Of a stretch of 64,000 nucleotides of DNA, positions 38,254 through 49,712 are shown piece by piece (position 1 is the stretch's first letter; every line of letters begins with the position of its first letter). Location: the NCBI GenBank assembly GCA_963663965.2, contig CAXXFK010000033.1, forward strand, positions 224,001 to 288,000. The letters run 5' to 3'. The position numbers and the translations under genes were made by a program. This stretch comes from Sedimentisphaerales bacterium (GTDB lineage: Bacteria > Planctomycetota > Phycisphaerae > Sedimentisphaerales > SM23-30). The notes below the pieces were generated by a model. The model had not been told where the DNA came from. It did no database searches and saw only the letters and a program-made list of their open reading frames with translations.

Positions 38254-39387
38254 TTAACCGGAAAATTTCTCGCAAAGTTCCACCATGACTTCATAGTTTC
38301 TGAGAGTCAAGGCCGGTAATTCCCGACTGATCGGACTGGCGCCGGGCATCAGGACAAAACCCCGTCCCGGTCCCTGGGTGCCCTGTACGAGCGCCTGCCT
38401 GACTTTTTCGGCAAACTGTTCTGTTGGCAGATTTTCCAGGTCTACCAGTTCCAGATTGCCGAACAGGACCAGATGTTGACCATATTTTCGGCGTACGTAA
38501 TCCAGTTCCACATCACCTTGAGGTGGCGGCTCGATTGGATCCAGTCCCATGCAGCCGGTCGCGATAATGTCATCCAGTACGGCCTGAAGTCTGCCATGGG
38601 AGTGAATACGGGCAAATCCACCCTGCCGGTGTATGATCTCTATCAAAGGGGTGTCATAGGTCACTACGAATTCCCGGAACAGGGCCGGAGGCAGATATGG
38701 AGGGGCGGCGTATTCCGGGCCGTAGATACGCCAGAGCCGGCCGGGAAGCATTTGGGCAATGCAGGCCACCTGTTTCTGGATTGCCCGGGCGAAACGTTGA
38801 AGTAATTGATGAAAGAGCTCTGTCTCTGTCATGGCGATAATCAGATAGGTTTGCATGTCAAACATTTCTGCCGCCAGACAGAGCGGATCGGCCAGGTCGA
38901 TCATCACGATACCGCTGTCACCCAGGGTTGCTTCCGCGGCCAAAATATCTGAGACATCCGGCTGTTCATGCTTTTCGGATTCGGGCAGTGTCAGCCAGCG
39001 TTTCAAATCGTCAACGTTTTTGAGCCAGTGTTCCAGGCGCCAGATTGTATCGATATCCCGATCACGGCGACTATGGCATCGAAATTCACCGCTTGCCGTT
39101 ATCAACTTGTTTATGGTATGCCGGTTGCCATTGTCATCCAGAAATGTCTCTGTCTGGCAATTCTCCGGTAATGAGGGCGGCCTAAACGGCATTTTACGCA
39201 TCACAATCCGGTCTGTCCTGTTTATGGTCAGATCCAGCAGGGGTTTCCAGAAAGGGTGACTGTAAACATGAAAGGGATCGTCGCCGGCCGGAGTCTGATC
39301 GAGACCATTCAATTCGTAAAAGCAGACCGGAGGCCGATCGACTGTCTGACCTTGTAAGGTTGCCATTAAGCGTTCTTTACGATTCAT
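38254..39387 (-). CDS. Uroporphyrinogen decarboxylase/MtaA-CmuA-like superfamily protein
   Basis: MNRKERLMATLQG..VDRPPV, IHSHG, LDPIEPPPQGDV, VLFGNL, GFVLMP. Confidence 0.85.
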   Translation of the reverse strand: MNRKERLMATLQGQTVDRPPVCFYELNGLDQTPAGDDPFHVYSHPFWKPLLDLTINRTDRIVMRKMPFRPPSLPENCQTETFLDDNGNRHTINKLITASGEFRCHSRRDRDIDTIWRLEHWLKNVDDLKRWLTLPESEKHEQPDVSDILAAEATLGDSGIVMIDLADPLCLAAEMFDMQTYLIIAMTETELFHQLLQRFARAIQKQVACIAQMLPGRLWRIYGPEYAAPPYLPPALFREFVVTYDTPLIEIIHRQGGFARIHSHGRLQAVLDDIIATGCMGLDPIEPPPQGDVELDYVRRKYGQHLVLFGNLELVDLENLPTEQFAEKVRQALVQGTQGPGRGFVLMPGASPISRELPALTLRNYEVMVELCEKFSG

Positions 39388-39801
39388 TTAAGATCCCTTG
39401 CCGACTGGAAGTCATAATTATATATCTCATTAACTTTGTGCTATCCGATATATCAGGCACTAATGTTGAAATCCATAACAATCAGTCATTGTGCATTTCA
39501 TTATCTTCATTGTGCTAACACTAATCCAGAAAAAACCGATTAGCAGGGTATCCAGTTTATTCGTTGCTATGAAACAATAATCAAGTCAGGGAACTGTTGA
39601 TGACCAAGCCAAGCCGACAGAATTCTAATCAGAAACTGACAAAAAAGCAGGTGACGGGTGGATAAAATTTATTATAATAAGGGGAGATAGTGTCTGCGGT
39701 ATCGTTTTTGAACGCAGGAGTATAACAGATATAAAAGGCCGTAATTGTGGTTACTTTACAGATGGCCTGAATTGGCGGCCTGAATTTTACAGGAGAGTCC
39801 C

Positions 39802-42501
39802 ATGTCGAACTTGTGGATGTTGAATGCCGGGCGGGGATTAAGCAGGGATATTTTGTCAATAGGGGTCGTTTTTATGATGATGGGAGTGGTTTCGTGCCGG
39901 ACGCGGGATTATTCCACCCAGGCGCTGGTAGGCGAGTTGGTTACGGGGGGGTATGTGACTTCTAACCATCAGATATTGACCCCGGCGGGTGTTCAGGTGG
40001 ATTTGCCGGGGATGCGGCCGCAGGCGCTGGCACTGAGTCCTGATGGGCAGCTGCTGGTCACGGCGGGAAAGACCTCAGAACTGGTCGTGATCAATCCAGT
40101 CAATGGTGAGATCAAGCAGCGGGTTGAACTCCCTTCGAGTAAGCAGCAATCGCCTTCGAATGTTTCTACACATATTCTGGAACCGGATAAGTCAGGACAG
40201 GTCAGCTATACGGGACTGGTGTTCAGTCCGGATGGCTCGCGGCTGTATCTATCCAATGTCAATGGCGATATCAAAGTGTTTGGCGTTGACGATGGCAAGG
40301 TGGCCGGACTGTTTTCCATTGCCCTGCCGCAGGCTGATGCGCCCCGGCGCAAGCAGGCGATTCCGGCGGGGCTGGCCTTGTCGGAGGATGGGCGGCGGTT
40401 GTATGTGGCGCTGAACCTGTCGAACCGGCTGGGTGAAATCGATACCGATACCGGGACTGTGCTGCGGACCTGGGATGTGGGGGTGGCGCCTTATGATGTG
40501 GTGCTGGCGGGCAGTAAGGCCTATGTGAGTAACTGGGGCGGACGGAGGCCGGAGGACGACAGTCTGACGGGGCCGGCGGGCCGGGGAACCCTGGTGCGGG
40601 TAGATCCGGTGCGGCATATCGCCAGCGAAGGATCGGTTTCGGTGATTTCGCTGGATTCGCAAGCGACAGTCCAGACGATTATGGCCGGATTACATGCCTC
40701 GGCGCTGGCATTATCACCCAATGGCCGGTATCTGGTGGTTGCCAATTCCGGTAGTGATACGTTGAGTGTAATTGATACACGGACGGATCAGGTAATAGAG
40801 ACGATCTGGGCCCGGATAAATCCGGCCGATCTGCTGGGTGCGACGCCCAACGCGCTGGTGTTTAATCCCAAAGGGGATATTCTTTATGTTGCCAATGGAA
40901 CCCAGAACTCCGTGGCCGCGATACGGTTCCGGCCGGGTGAATCCAGATTGCTGGGTTTGATTCCAACCGGATGGTTTCCGGGGGCAGTGGTTTATGATAA
41001 ACGCAGACAACATCTGTACGTAGCCAATATTAAAGGAGTGGGTTTGAATTTGAACCTGCGGCATCCGGAACGGCAGGATAACAACACCCATCAATATCGT
41101 GGGACGCTGTCGCTGATTCCGATACCGTCCAAACGGGAGTTGGCGGCGCTGACTGCGGTGGTGCTGGACAATTATCGCCAGCCACTCTTGAAAGAGGCGC
41201 GGCGGCCGGCGCGAGCGAATCAGCCGGCACGGCCCGTGCCTGAACGGGTGGGTGAGCCGTCGGTATTTGAGCATGTGGTGTATATCATTAAAGAGAACCG
41301 GACCTATGACCAGGTGTTTGGCGATATGGCCGAAGGGAATGGCGAGCCGTCGCTTTGCGTGTTTGGTGATAAGATCACGCCGAATCAGCATAAGATGGTA
41401 CGGGAGTTTGTATTGCTGGATAATACCTATTGCTCGAGTATATTGAGCGCGGATGGGCATCAGTGGACGGATTCCGCTTTTGCCACGGATTATATGGAAA
41501 AATCGTTCGCGGGTTTTCCGCGCAGTTATCCGGATGGGATGGAAGATGATGATGTGGACGCGCTGGCTTACGCACCGAGCGGATTTATCTGGGATAATGC
41601 CATTGCCCGGAATAAGACGTTGCGGGTGTATGGCGAGTTTGCGATAACTGAGGCCCGCTGGAAAGATGGCAATCGTAAAGGGCGGCCCGCTTTTCTGGAT
41701 TATTACCATGATTTTGTTAATAAAACGAATCTGATCGATATCTCCAGCCGGCCGGCGATTGAATCATTGCGACCTTATCTGAATATGGAAACGGTGGGCT
41801 GGGATATGAATATCCCGGATGTATTCCGGGCGGACCAGTTTATTAAGGAACTGCGAGAATATGAAGCAAAGGGAGAATTTCCCAATCTGGTGATTATCTG
41901 CCTGCCGAACGATCATACCTCGGGCACGCGCGAAGGTTCGCCGACGCCGGCGGCGCAGGTGGCGGATAACGATCTGGCGTTCGGTCAGATCGTCGAGGCG
42001 ATCAGTCACAGCAGTTTCTGGAATAAGACCTGTATCTTTGGGATCGAAGATGATCCGCAGGCGGGGTGGGATCATGTCAGCGGGTATCGCACAACCGCTT
42101 ATGTGATCAGTCCTTACACCCGTCGAGGGGCGGTGGTGAGCACGCAGTATAATCAGGCGAGTATTCTGCGGACGATGGAACTGATGCTGGGAATGCCGCC
42201 GATGAATCAATTTGACGCGACGGCCACGCCGATGAGCGAATGTTTTGTCGCTGAAGCGGATTTAACGCCGTTTAATGCGGTGCCGACCAATATCCCACTG
42301 GATCAGATGAATCCGGGTCCGAAGAAGATTTCAGATCCGATCTTACGCAAGGATGCGCTCGTGTCGGCAAAACTGCCTTTGCATGAAGTGGATCGGTGCC
42401 CGGAAGATGTATTCAACCGGATACTCTGGCGGGCAATGAAAGGATCGCAGGCACCATACCCGCTCTGGGCCGTGGCGGATGTGGAGGATGACGATGATTG
42501 A
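39802..42501 (+). CDS. YVTN/YncE beta-propeller plus alkaline-phosphatase-like phosphoesterase, probable lipoprotein
   Basis: Repeats ALSPDG..LYVAN, HVVYIIKENRTYDQVFGD, SADGHQW, LPNDHT, EDDPQAGWDHV; GVVSC lipobox-like; start uncertain. Confidence 0.9.
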   Translation: MSNLWMLNAGRGLSRDILSIGVVFMMMGVVSCRTRDYSTQALVGELVTGGYVTSNHQILTPAGVQVDLPGMRPQALALSPDGQLLVTAGKTSELVVINPVNGEIKQRVELPSSKQQSPSNVSTHILEPDKSGQVSYTGLVFSPDGSRLYLSNVNGDIKVFGVDDGKVAGLFSIALPQADAPRRKQAIPAGLALSEDGRRLYVALNLSNRLGEIDTDTGTVLRTWDVGVAPYDVVLAGSKAYVSNWGGRRPEDDSLTGPAGRGTLVRVDPVRHIASEGSVSVISLDSQATVQTIMAGLHASALALSPNGRYLVVANSGSDTLSVIDTRTDQVIETIWARINPADLLGATPNALVFNPKGDILYVANGTQNSVAAIRFRPGESRLLGLIPTGWFPGAVVYDKRRQHLYVANIKGVGLNLNLRHPERQDNNTHQYRGTLSLIPIPSKRELAALTAVVLDNYRQPLLKEARRPARANQPARPVPERVGEPSVFEHVVYIIKENRTYDQVFGDMAEGNGEPSLCVFGDKITPNQHKMVREFVLLDNTYCSSILSADGHQWTDSAFATDYMEKSFAGFPRSYPDGMEDDDVDALAYAPSGFIWDNAIARNKTLRVYGEFAITEARWKDGNRKGRPAFLDYYHDFVNKTNLIDISSRPAIESLRPYLNMETVGWDMNIPDVFRADQFIKELREYEAKGEFPNLVIICLPNDHTSGTREGSPTPAAQVADNDLAFGQIVEAISHSSFWNKTCIFGIEDDPQAGWDHVSGYRTTAYVISPYTRRGAVVSTQYNQASILRTMELMLGMPPMNQFDATATPMSECFVAEADLTPFNAVPTNIPLDQMNPGPKKISDPILRKDALVSAKLPLHEVDRCPEDVFNRILWRAMKGSQAPYPLWAVADVEDDDD

Positions 42502-42776
42502 GGATTCATTAAGAAGGAGGTATTTAACGGATAAGTGCGGAAAGTGACAGAGCCTATCGCAAGGTCGCTGCTTTACGATTGTCCCTGTTTCTATGGAGGG
42601 GTAAATTGGTTTAGATGTTATCGGTCGGTGGCAAGGTATGGGGTCTGGTTTTATCCGGAAAAATAGTTAAACCGGGGCGTTAAAAGGCCGATTAAAGGTA
42701 ATACCATTACAGAAGTTATAAAACGCAAAGGCTGACCCATTGGACTGATGTGTCCGATAATAATGAGAGGTAGCTT

Positions 42777-43229
42777 ATGGAAGTGGCACCGGGCGATTTA
42801 TTTGATCGCTTATCAATAGTAAAACTGAAATCCGAGCGGCTGGACAGCCGGCTGGTTGAGGATGAATTGCAGGAATTGACCGAGGCATTTGAACAAACTT
42901 GCCGGGACCATGAGGCGTTAGCGGTGAGTTGCGCGGATATGGTGGAGCTCTTGCAGATACTAAACGGTCAGATATGGGACCTGGAGGCGGATATCCGTAA
43001 AGGGAAAGAGGGCGAGCTGGGTCTGGAAGAGGTGGGACGGCGCGCGATCGCGATTCGCAACCTGAATGGGATCCGGGTCTGGGTGAAGAATCTGATCACC
43101 CGAACGACCGGGAAAGGGGCGATCGATTATAAGAAGGATCACGCCTCGACCGTGGCAGCGCAGGGCAGCGGGCGGCTGTTGGATAAAATGCACTTTCCCG
43201 GGAAAACACCCGTTGGAGTAACGGATTAG
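42777..43229 (+). CDS. Small helical protein, DUF6165-like
   Basis: PGDLFDRLSIVKLKSER, LNGQIWDLEADIR, NGIRVWVKNLI, DYK. Confidence 0.7.
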   Translation: MEVAPGDLFDRLSIVKLKSERLDSRLVEDELQELTEAFEQTCRDHEALAVSCADMVELLQILNGQIWDLEADIRKGKEGELGLEEVGRRAIAIRNLNGIRVWVKNLITRTTGKGAIDYKKDHASTVAAQGSGRLLDKMHFPGKTPVGVTD

Positions 43230-43322
43230 ATTCTATAAGTGATGGCCGGGTTGAACCGGTATTTTAAGATTGAAGAGAAGAGACAAGCGGACGCTTGTCT
43301 TGTTTTTTAACGACGCCAACCT

Positions 43323-44471
43323 ATGAATATCAGTTACGATCTGCGATTCGCTCATTTGCCCTGCGGCAGCTGGCCTTATGTTTATAATGCCATCAAGCTG
43401 ATGAGCGCGGCGCATCCGGCTGATCACTGGCGGGTCTATTACAATGATTACGATCAGCCGCAATTGCGGATCGTTGGCCTGTTGCGAGAGCAGGAACAGG
43501 CGAAGCCGGAACTGGCCGGTCGATATGAATTTGTGCCGGTGAAGCATACCTGTCTGAGCTGGCAGCATCATCTGGAATTTGGCCGGGTATCCGATCCCAG
43601 CGAGGTCTATCACTATCTGCATTTCGATATGCCGCTGGGGATGAAAGGGCCGGCGCTGGTGGTGACGGTGCATGATCTGTATCCGCTGGTGCTGCCGAAT
43701 TATTGTTCAAAATGGAAGCAGGCCATCTTCCGGTATATTGCCGGGACCAATATGAAACGGGCCCGCCGGGTGATTACGGTGTCGGAGAATACCCGTAAGG
43801 ATATTATGGAGCAGTTCGGAATCGAACCGGAGAAAATCACTGTGATCAACCAGGGGTATTCGCCGGAATTCCGCAAGATCGATGATTCGAGCTTACTGGA
43901 CGGGTTGAAAGAGAAATATCATCTTCCGGAGAATTATGTATTATATACCGGCAATCATAAATCTCATAAGAATCTGGAACGGCTGGTGCAGGCGTACGCG
44001 CAATTGAAACCGGCATTGCGCGAGCAATTTGCACTGGCGCTGACCGGCCCGGTGTCCGAAGAGACCGAAGCGCTGCAACGCCTGATTATCGCCCTGGGTG
44101 TGGAGCGTCAGGTACGGTTCCTGGGGCTGGTCGATTTTGAGGATTTGCCGGGTCTGTATAATCTGGCGAGTTTATATGTATTGCCCAGTCTGTACGAGGG
44201 ATTCGGGATCCCGTTAGTGGAAGCGATGGCCTGCGGAACACCGGTGGTCTGTTCGGCGCGGGGGGCGATGCCGGAAGTGGTGGGAGGCGAAGCCAGGATG
44301 TTCGATCCCTACGATATCGGGCAGATGGCGGAGGTGTTGACGAAAGCGCTGGACCAGGATGTTGACGACCAGAGGCTTATCGGGCGGATTATGGCGCGGG
44401 CCGCCAATTTTACCTGGCAACGGAACGCGGAAAAGACCTATCAGGTGTATCAGGAAGCGGCCGGACAATAA
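43323..44471 (+). CDS. Glycosyltransferase family 4
   Basis: VVTVHDL, ITVSENT, HKNLERL, PSLYEGFGIPLVEAMACGTPVV. Confidence 0.95.
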   Translation: MNISYDLRFAHLPCGSWPYVYNAIKLMSAAHPADHWRVYYNDYDQPQLRIVGLLREQEQAKPELAGRYEFVPVKHTCLSWQHHLEFGRVSDPSEVYHYLHFDMPLGMKGPALVVTVHDLYPLVLPNYCSKWKQAIFRYIAGTNMKRARRVITVSENTRKDIMEQFGIEPEKITVINQGYSPEFRKIDDSSLLDGLKEKYHLPENYVLYTGNHKSHKNLERLVQAYAQLKPALREQFALALTGPVSEETEALQRLIIALGVERQVRFLGLVDFEDLPGLYNLASLYVLPSLYEGFGIPLVEAMACGTPVVCSARGAMPEVVGGEARMFDPYDIGQMAEVLTKALDQDVDDQRLIGRIMARAANFTWQRNAEKTYQVYQEAAGQ

Positions 44472-44493
44472 AAAAGGCGTCACAAGGACGCCT
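44470..44493 (-). terminator. Intrinsic terminator after hisG
   Basis: AGGCGTC / GACGCCT stem with T6 on the minus strand. Confidence 0.7.
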
Positions 44494-44525
44494 CGAATTA
44501 TTTGCGTTTAACCGGCCGATGAAAA

Positions 44526-45398
44526 TCAGGGGATAACCTGGTTAAGTGAGTAAGTAAAGATACCGGAAGCGCCGGCTTTTTTCAATTTGGGTATGACAAT
44601 GCGGGCGGTATCTTCTTCAAGAATGACTTCAACCGCGACATATTCTTTATCGGCCAGCGGGCTGACAGTGGGGGATTTTTCCGAGGGGAGGATGTCCAGA
44701 ACCGCCGGCAGGGAAGCGGTGGGGATATTGGCTTTGAGCCCCACCTTTTCACGGCCTTCGATTGCCCCCATCAGCAGTAATGCGATGTCTTTTATTTTTT
44801 CGCGTTTGAAGGAATCTTCCCAGGCCTGTTTGTTGGCGATCAGGCGGGTGGTGCTGGTCATCAGAGTGTCGATGATTCTCAGGTTATTGGCTCGGAGGCT
44901 GGAACCGGTTTCAGTAATTTCGACGATACCATCCAGCAGGCGGGCTTTGACTTCGGTGGCGCCCCAGGAGAACTCCACTTTGACGTTTATGCCTTTGTTT
45001 TTGAAATATTCACGGGTGAAATTGACCAGTTCCGTGGCGATAATACCGCCTTCCAGGTCTTCGGGCTTTTCGATATCGCTTTCGCCGGGGACGGCCAGTA
45101 CCCATTGCGCCGGTCGTGAGGTGGCTTTGGAATAAACCAGTTCACAGACCTCGACGACGTCAGAACCGTTTTCGCAAATCCAGTCTTTGCCGGTCAGGCC
45201 GACATCAATCACGCCATCTTCAACATAGCGGCTCATTTCCTGGGCGCGAAACATGATCGCTTCAAGTTCCGGGTCGTTAATCGTCGGGAAATAACTGCGG
45301 CTGGCAACGGTCACATTGAATCCGGCGCGTTTAAAGAGATCGAAAGTGGCATCCTGTAAGCTGCCTTTGGGCAAGCCGATTTTCAATTTATTATTCAA
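44526..45398 (-). CDS. hisG: ATP phosphoribosyltransferase, long form
   Basis: [40 protein letters not shown]-terminal regulatory domain SPTVSPL. Confidence 0.97.
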   Translation of the reverse strand: MNNKLKIGLPKGSLQDATFDLFKRAGFNVTVASRSYFPTINDPELEAIMFRAQEMSRYVEDGVIDVGLTGKDWICENGSDVVEVCELVYSKATSRPAQWVLAVPGESDIEKPEDLEGGIIATELVNFTREYFKNKGINVKVEFSWGATEVKARLLDGIVEITETGSSLRANNLRIIDTLMTSTTRLIANKQAWEDSFKREKIKDIALLLMGAIEGREKVGLKANIPTASLPAVLDILPSEKSPTVSPLADKEYVAVEVILEEDTARIVIPKLKKAGASGIFTYSLNQVIP

Positions 45399-45457
45399 GA
45401 GAATTCTCCAATCGTAAAAACAAGAAACAAAATGTCATATTAAATAAAACGGCCCGG

Positions 45458-46186
45458 TTATTTGGGGGACGATTTTTTTTGAGTGGTTTTTTTCTGCCTG
45501 GGCTCGGTGGTTTTGGTTTTGGGGCTTGTTTTTTTTGTTTTGGTTTTTGGGGCGCCGTTAACAGGTTTGACGTTTTTTTCGCCGTGATCACAATAGTGCC
45601 GCAAAAGCGTAAACGATTCGATCAGTTCGGTGGCGTTGATCTGGCGTTCCAGAAAACCCTGTACGTCATGGACATCGGATTTGGGATTAATGGCCTCCTC
45701 GGCAAGCAAAACATCGACCATCTTCTGGTTGACGGGAAAGGAGTGGCCTCCCAGGCAGGTCATCATGATCCAGGCGACCAGATACGGGTTCATGCCGTCG
45801 ATCTCTTCCAGGGCCGCTTTGGCATCCCGTTTCCCCATTTCGGCCAGATGATCCAGATTCAGTTGATCGTAACTGTCGTAAATGCTATTGAGCAGTTTTT
45901 TGATTGTGACGGCAATGGCGCGGGATTCAGGAAACGATTTGCCGAGAATCTGGTCAATTTCGAAAATTCTCGCCACGCGCAGCTCGTTGAAGTCGACAAA
46001 ATGAGAGCGGATCTTTTTCAGCGCGGTGAGGGCTTTGCTTTCCGTGGCATCCGTGGAAAGGCAACCCAGGATCAGGGCTTCGATCGGGTCGGTACTGAGC
46101 GGTGTGGGCGCCAGGTCTTTGTAATTTTTTTTGATGCGATTCAACAATTTTTTTATACGGGAGGCATATTCAGCGCTATTTTTCAT
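45458..46186 (-). CDS. Degenerate HhH-GPD (endonuclease III-like) protein with Lys-rich tail
   Basis: DPIEALILGCLS, FVDFNELRVA, LEEIDGM, LGGHSFPVN; no Fe-S Cys motif. Confidence 0.75.
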   Translation of the reverse strand: MKNSAEYASRIKKLLNRIKKNYKDLAPTPLSTDPIEALILGCLSTDATESKALTALKKIRSHFVDFNELRVARIFEIDQILGKSFPESRAIAVTIKKLLNSIYDSYDQLNLDHLAEMGKRDAKAALEEIDGMNPYLVAWIMMTCLGGHSFPVNQKMVDVLLAEEAINPKSDVHDVQGFLERQINATELIESFTLLRHYCDHGEKNVKPVNGAPKTKTKKTSPKTKTTEPRQKKTTQKKSSPK

Positions 46187-46577
46187 CGGAATTCTCCGCG
46201 GGTGTTACGGAAGGGGGCTGATCGACGGTTTGTTCCTGGGCGATCTGATCCAGCAGCCGTTCGATCTCCCGGCCTTTCTGGATTGACTCGTCATGATAGA
46301 AAACTAATGCCGGGCAGATACGCGTCTTTAGAGAACCGGCCAGGCGGGTGCGTACGAATCCGGTGGCGTTGTTAATGGCCTGCAGGCACAGGTCGCGTTT
46401 GGTCCCGGCAGGATCGAACATACTGAGATAGATTTTGGCCAGACTGAGGTCGGGCGCCAGTTCAACCCGGGTGACGCTGGTCAATGCCAGAATCCGCGGG
46501 TCAGAGAGATGGTTCTGAATGGTATCGCTGACGATATCGCGTATGGTGCGAGTCAGTTTTTCTATTCGTCTTGACAT
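46176..46577 (-). CDS. rbfA: 30S ribosome-binding factor A
   Basis: SRRIEKL, LSDPRI, SVTRVELAPDLSLAKIYLS, PALVFYHDES. Confidence 0.96.
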   Translation of the reverse strand: MSRRIEKLTRTIRDIVSDTIQNHLSDPRILALTSVTRVELAPDLSLAKIYLSMFDPAGTKRDLCLQAINNATGFVRTRLAGSLKTRICPALVFYHDESIQKGREIERLLDQIAQEQTVDQPPSVTPAENSDEK

Positions 46578-46586
46578 ATAATCGGG

Positions 46587-46865
46587 TTAAATTTCAATTT
46601 CGTAATCGAGCAGGGTTACATTGTGAAATACACGGATAAAATCAACCACCTGCGTCAGAGTTGATTCTATAAAACGTCTGTCGTTGGCGACCGCGGCAAC
46701 GCCGATAACCGCTTTGCGATGCATCTCGTTACAATCAACTTCGGCGATGGAGACATTAAAGCGATTCCGTATTCTGTCTTTGAGACTGAGAACGATTCTG
46801 CGTTTGTCTTTCAGGTTCATCGCTTCAAAAAGGGCCAGTTCCACTCGCAGTGAGCCAATAATCAT
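46587..46865 (-). CDS. DUF503 (YlxP-like) protein
   Basis: LKDKRRIVLSLKDRIRNRFNVSIAEV; usual position between infB and rbfA. Confidence 0.93.
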   Translation of the reverse strand: MIIGSLRVELALFEAMNLKDKRRIVLSLKDRIRNRFNVSIAEVDCNEMHRKAVIGVAAVANDRRFIESTLTQVVDFIRVFHNVTLLDYEIEI

Positions 46866-46885
46866 ATGGTTTGTCGATAAATCGC

Positions 46886-49690
46886 TCAGTTTGTTGTTTT
46901 GCTGGATGATTCCAGGGTCCGGCTGATCTCGATATATTCATAAGCTTCGATAATGTCGCCTTCTTTGATGTCGTCAAAACCGGCCAGCTTAATGCCGCAT
47001 TCGAAACCGCTACGGACTTCATTGGTGTCATCTTTATGCCGCTTGAGGGTCTGAATGTCATTGCCGTCTCGAATAATCACGCCATCACGAACAATGCGAA
47101 CCTTATCATGGCGATTGATCACCCCGTCATTGACAAAGCAACCCGCAATGGTTCCCACGCGAGATACTTTGAAGGTCTTGCGAACTTCGGCGCGGCCTTT
47201 GGATTTTTCTTCGATTTTCGGGGCCAGCATGCCTTCCAGGGCGAGTTTCAGATCGTCGGTAATCTTATAGATGACGCGATACAGCCGTATTTCCACCTTA
47301 TTCCGTTCCGCCATTTCGCGCGCGCGGTCATCGGCTACCACCTGGAAACCAATGATAATCGCGTTGGACGCGGCGGCCAGCACAACATCGTTTTCGGAAA
47401 TGCCGCCGACAGCAGTATGAAGAATTTTAACGGCGACTTCAGAAGTATTCAACTCGAGGATCGAATTGCGTAAAACGTCAATGGAGCCTTGAACATCGGC
47501 TTTGACGATAACATTCAATTCCCTGACTTCGCCAGCGGCGATTTCGCTGAACAGGTTGTCCAGGGTGATCTGGCGCCGGCGCGCCAGGGTGTTCTCCCGC
47601 ATATTCTGTTCATGTTCGTTGGCAATCTGGGCGGCTTCGGAGATATCGCTGACCACATAGAAAGGATCGCCGGCAGTCGGAACCGCATTCAGTCCGGTCA
47701 CTTCGATCGGCGTGGAGGGACCGGCTTCTTGCAGGATAGCGCCATAGGCATCGTGAATAGTACGGATACGGCCATAGCAGGCGCCGGAGACCACGGCGTC
47801 TCCCGGTTTGAGAGAGCCGGATTTGACCAGCAAACGGGCCAGGGCGCCACGGGCGGTGGACATTTCCGCTTCGACGATCCAGCCGGAAGCGGGACCCGTC
47901 TGTCGCGCCTTGAGATTATTCAATTCGGCGACATAATCCAGGTATTCAACCAGTTCGTCGATCCCCTGACCGGTGGCGGCGCTGGTCTGGACGATTTCCG
48001 TGTCGCCACCCCATTCCGTGGGGATCAGCCCTTTTTCGGACAGTTGTCCCAGGGCGCGGTTGATATCGGCATTGGGCAGGTCAACTTTATTCAGGGCGAC
48101 TACGATCGGCACATTGGCGGCCCGGGCGTGGTTGATCGCTTCTTCGGTCTGGGGCATGACACCGTCATCGGCGGCAACGACCAGAACGACAATGTCGGTC
48201 ATATTCGCGCCGCGCGCGCGCATTTCAGTAAAAGCCTTATGGCCCGGGGTATCCAGAAACGTCACCCGGCGTTTGCCGTCGTCATAGAGATAAGAGCCAA
48301 TATGCTGAGTAATTCCGCCCGCTTCGCCCGAGGCGACTTTCGCCCGGCGAATCTGATCCAGCAACGAGGTTTTCCCATGGTCGACATGCCCCAGAAAGGC
48401 CACAACCGGTGGTCTCGAGTGCCGTTCAGAGTCTTGAGTCAGACTGTCAAATTGTTCTTTCAATTCGTCAAACCGCAATTTTTTCTTTTCAATTCTAATT
48501 TCGATATCGTATTCCAGTCCGAGCGTTTCGGCCGCTTCAGTATCCAGCGACTGGTTCACATTGGCCATGATTCCGTGCGCCATTAATTTGGCAATGATTT
48601 CATTGACGCGGACACCGATCGCCGCACTGAGGTCTTTGACCGTGATGGGTTCTTTCAAGGTGACTTCAGTAATGGCTTTCTGTTGTGCCGCCAATGAATA
48701 CAGGTCTTTTCCTGCCATGCGTTCGCGCCGGTGCAACGACCGGCCGGACGCAGACGCGAGCCGCTCCTGACGTTCCTGCAGATCACGATCACCGTAACTG
48801 GTGGAAATATCCACACGTTTTTGCCGCTTGTTGGTCAGGCGGCTTTTGCGTTTGGCATCGGTTTCTGTGACATCTTCCAGGGTAACAGAACGGGTTTTTT
48901 TGGCTTTTTTACTTCCTTTGACTGATTTGGCCGGCGTCGTTTCCGCCGCGGCCTGGTCAATTTGAACCACCCGTTCGCGACGAGGAGGACGAGGCGTCGG
49001 CACAGGAACGAAATCCGGCCGTTCAGTCCGGATGACTTTGGGGCCTTCCAGCACTGCCGGTTTGGGAATGTACTGGACCGGTTTTACGGATTCTTTAACA
49101 GGGGGGTGTTTAACCGGAACCGGAACCGGCCTGGGTCGTGCCGGCTCGGCAGTTTCGGGAGCTTCTTCAATGTTCGGTGTGGTCAGGGCGGCGATTTCAG
49201 TTTCCGGGACCGCCGGCTCGCTGATGGGGGCCGGTTCCTGTTCCGGCGCAGGAGCAGTGATGATTTCCTGTTCCTGCTTTTGCATCTCAGCCGGGCTGAT
49301 CCGGTGTGGTTTTTCGCGTCCGCCCAATTCGACCGTCACGAGATGGTCATCCACCTTGGGCGGCATCTCCGAGACGGGTGTTTCCGTGATCATGGTTGCG
49401 ACCGGCGCGACCGGCGCTTCATCCGTGGCCATTTCCAGATCGATATCCGTAGAAGCATCGCTTCTGTCCGGTTTGGTTTTAACTTTTTCGAGATCGACTT
49501 TGGCGGTGGTTTCGACCGTATTATGGGTATTGGTATTGCTGAACCATTCGCGGATAGTCGCTTCCAGTCCGGCTGAAACGGTCGATTGGTGACCTTTGAC
49601 CGCGGTCAAACCTTCAGCCTGGCATTTATCGACTATCGCTGTGCTTTTCACGCCGAGAGCTTTAGCGAGTTGGTGTATTCTGGTAGCCAA
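46886..49690 (-). CDS. infB: Translation initiation factor IF-2
   Basis: RIHQLAK N-domain, [29 protein letters not shown]. Confidence 0.99.
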   Translation of the reverse strand: MATRIHQLAKALGVKSTAIVDKCQAEGLTAVKGHQSTVSAGLEATIREWFSNTNTHNTVETTAKVDLEKVKTKPDRSDASTDIDLEMATDEAPVAPVATMITETPVSEMPPKVDDHLVTVELGGREKPHRISPAEMQKQEQEIITAPAPEQEPAPISEPAVPETEIAALTTPNIEEAPETAEPARPRPVPVPVKHPPVKESVKPVQYIPKPAVLEGPKVIRTERPDFVPVPTPRPPRRERVVQIDQAAAETTPAKSVKGSKKAKKTRSVTLEDVTETDAKRKSRLTNKRQKRVDISTSYGDRDLQERQERLASASGRSLHRRERMAGKDLYSLAAQQKAITEVTLKEPITVKDLSAAIGVRVNEIIAKLMAHGIMANVNQSLDTEAAETLGLEYDIEIRIEKKKLRFDELKEQFDSLTQDSERHSRPPVVAFLGHVDHGKTSLLDQIRRAKVASGEAGGITQHIGSYLYDDGKRRVTFLDTPGHKAFTEMRARGANMTDIVVLVVAADDGVMPQTEEAINHARAANVPIVVALNKVDLPNADINRALGQLSEKGLIPTEWGGDTEIVQTSAATGQGIDELVEYLDYVAELNNLKARQTGPASGWIVEAEMSTARGALARLLVKSGSLKPGDAVVSGACYGRIRTIHDAYGAILQEAGPSTPIEVTGLNAVPTAGDPFYVVSDISEAAQIANEHEQNMRENTLARRRQITLDNLFSEIAAGEVRELNVIVKADVQGSIDVLRNSILELNTSEVAVKILHTAVGGISENDVVLAAASNAIIIGFQVVADDRAREMAERNKVEIRLYRVIYKITDDLKLALEGMLAPKIEEKSKGRAEVRKTFKVSRVGTIAGCFVNDGVINRHDKVRIVRDGVIIRDGNDIQTLKRHKDDTNEVRSGFECGIKLAGFDDIKEGDIIEAYEYIEISRTLESSSKTTN

Positions 49691-49712
49691 TCATTATCTC
49701 CAAGGATTCAAA

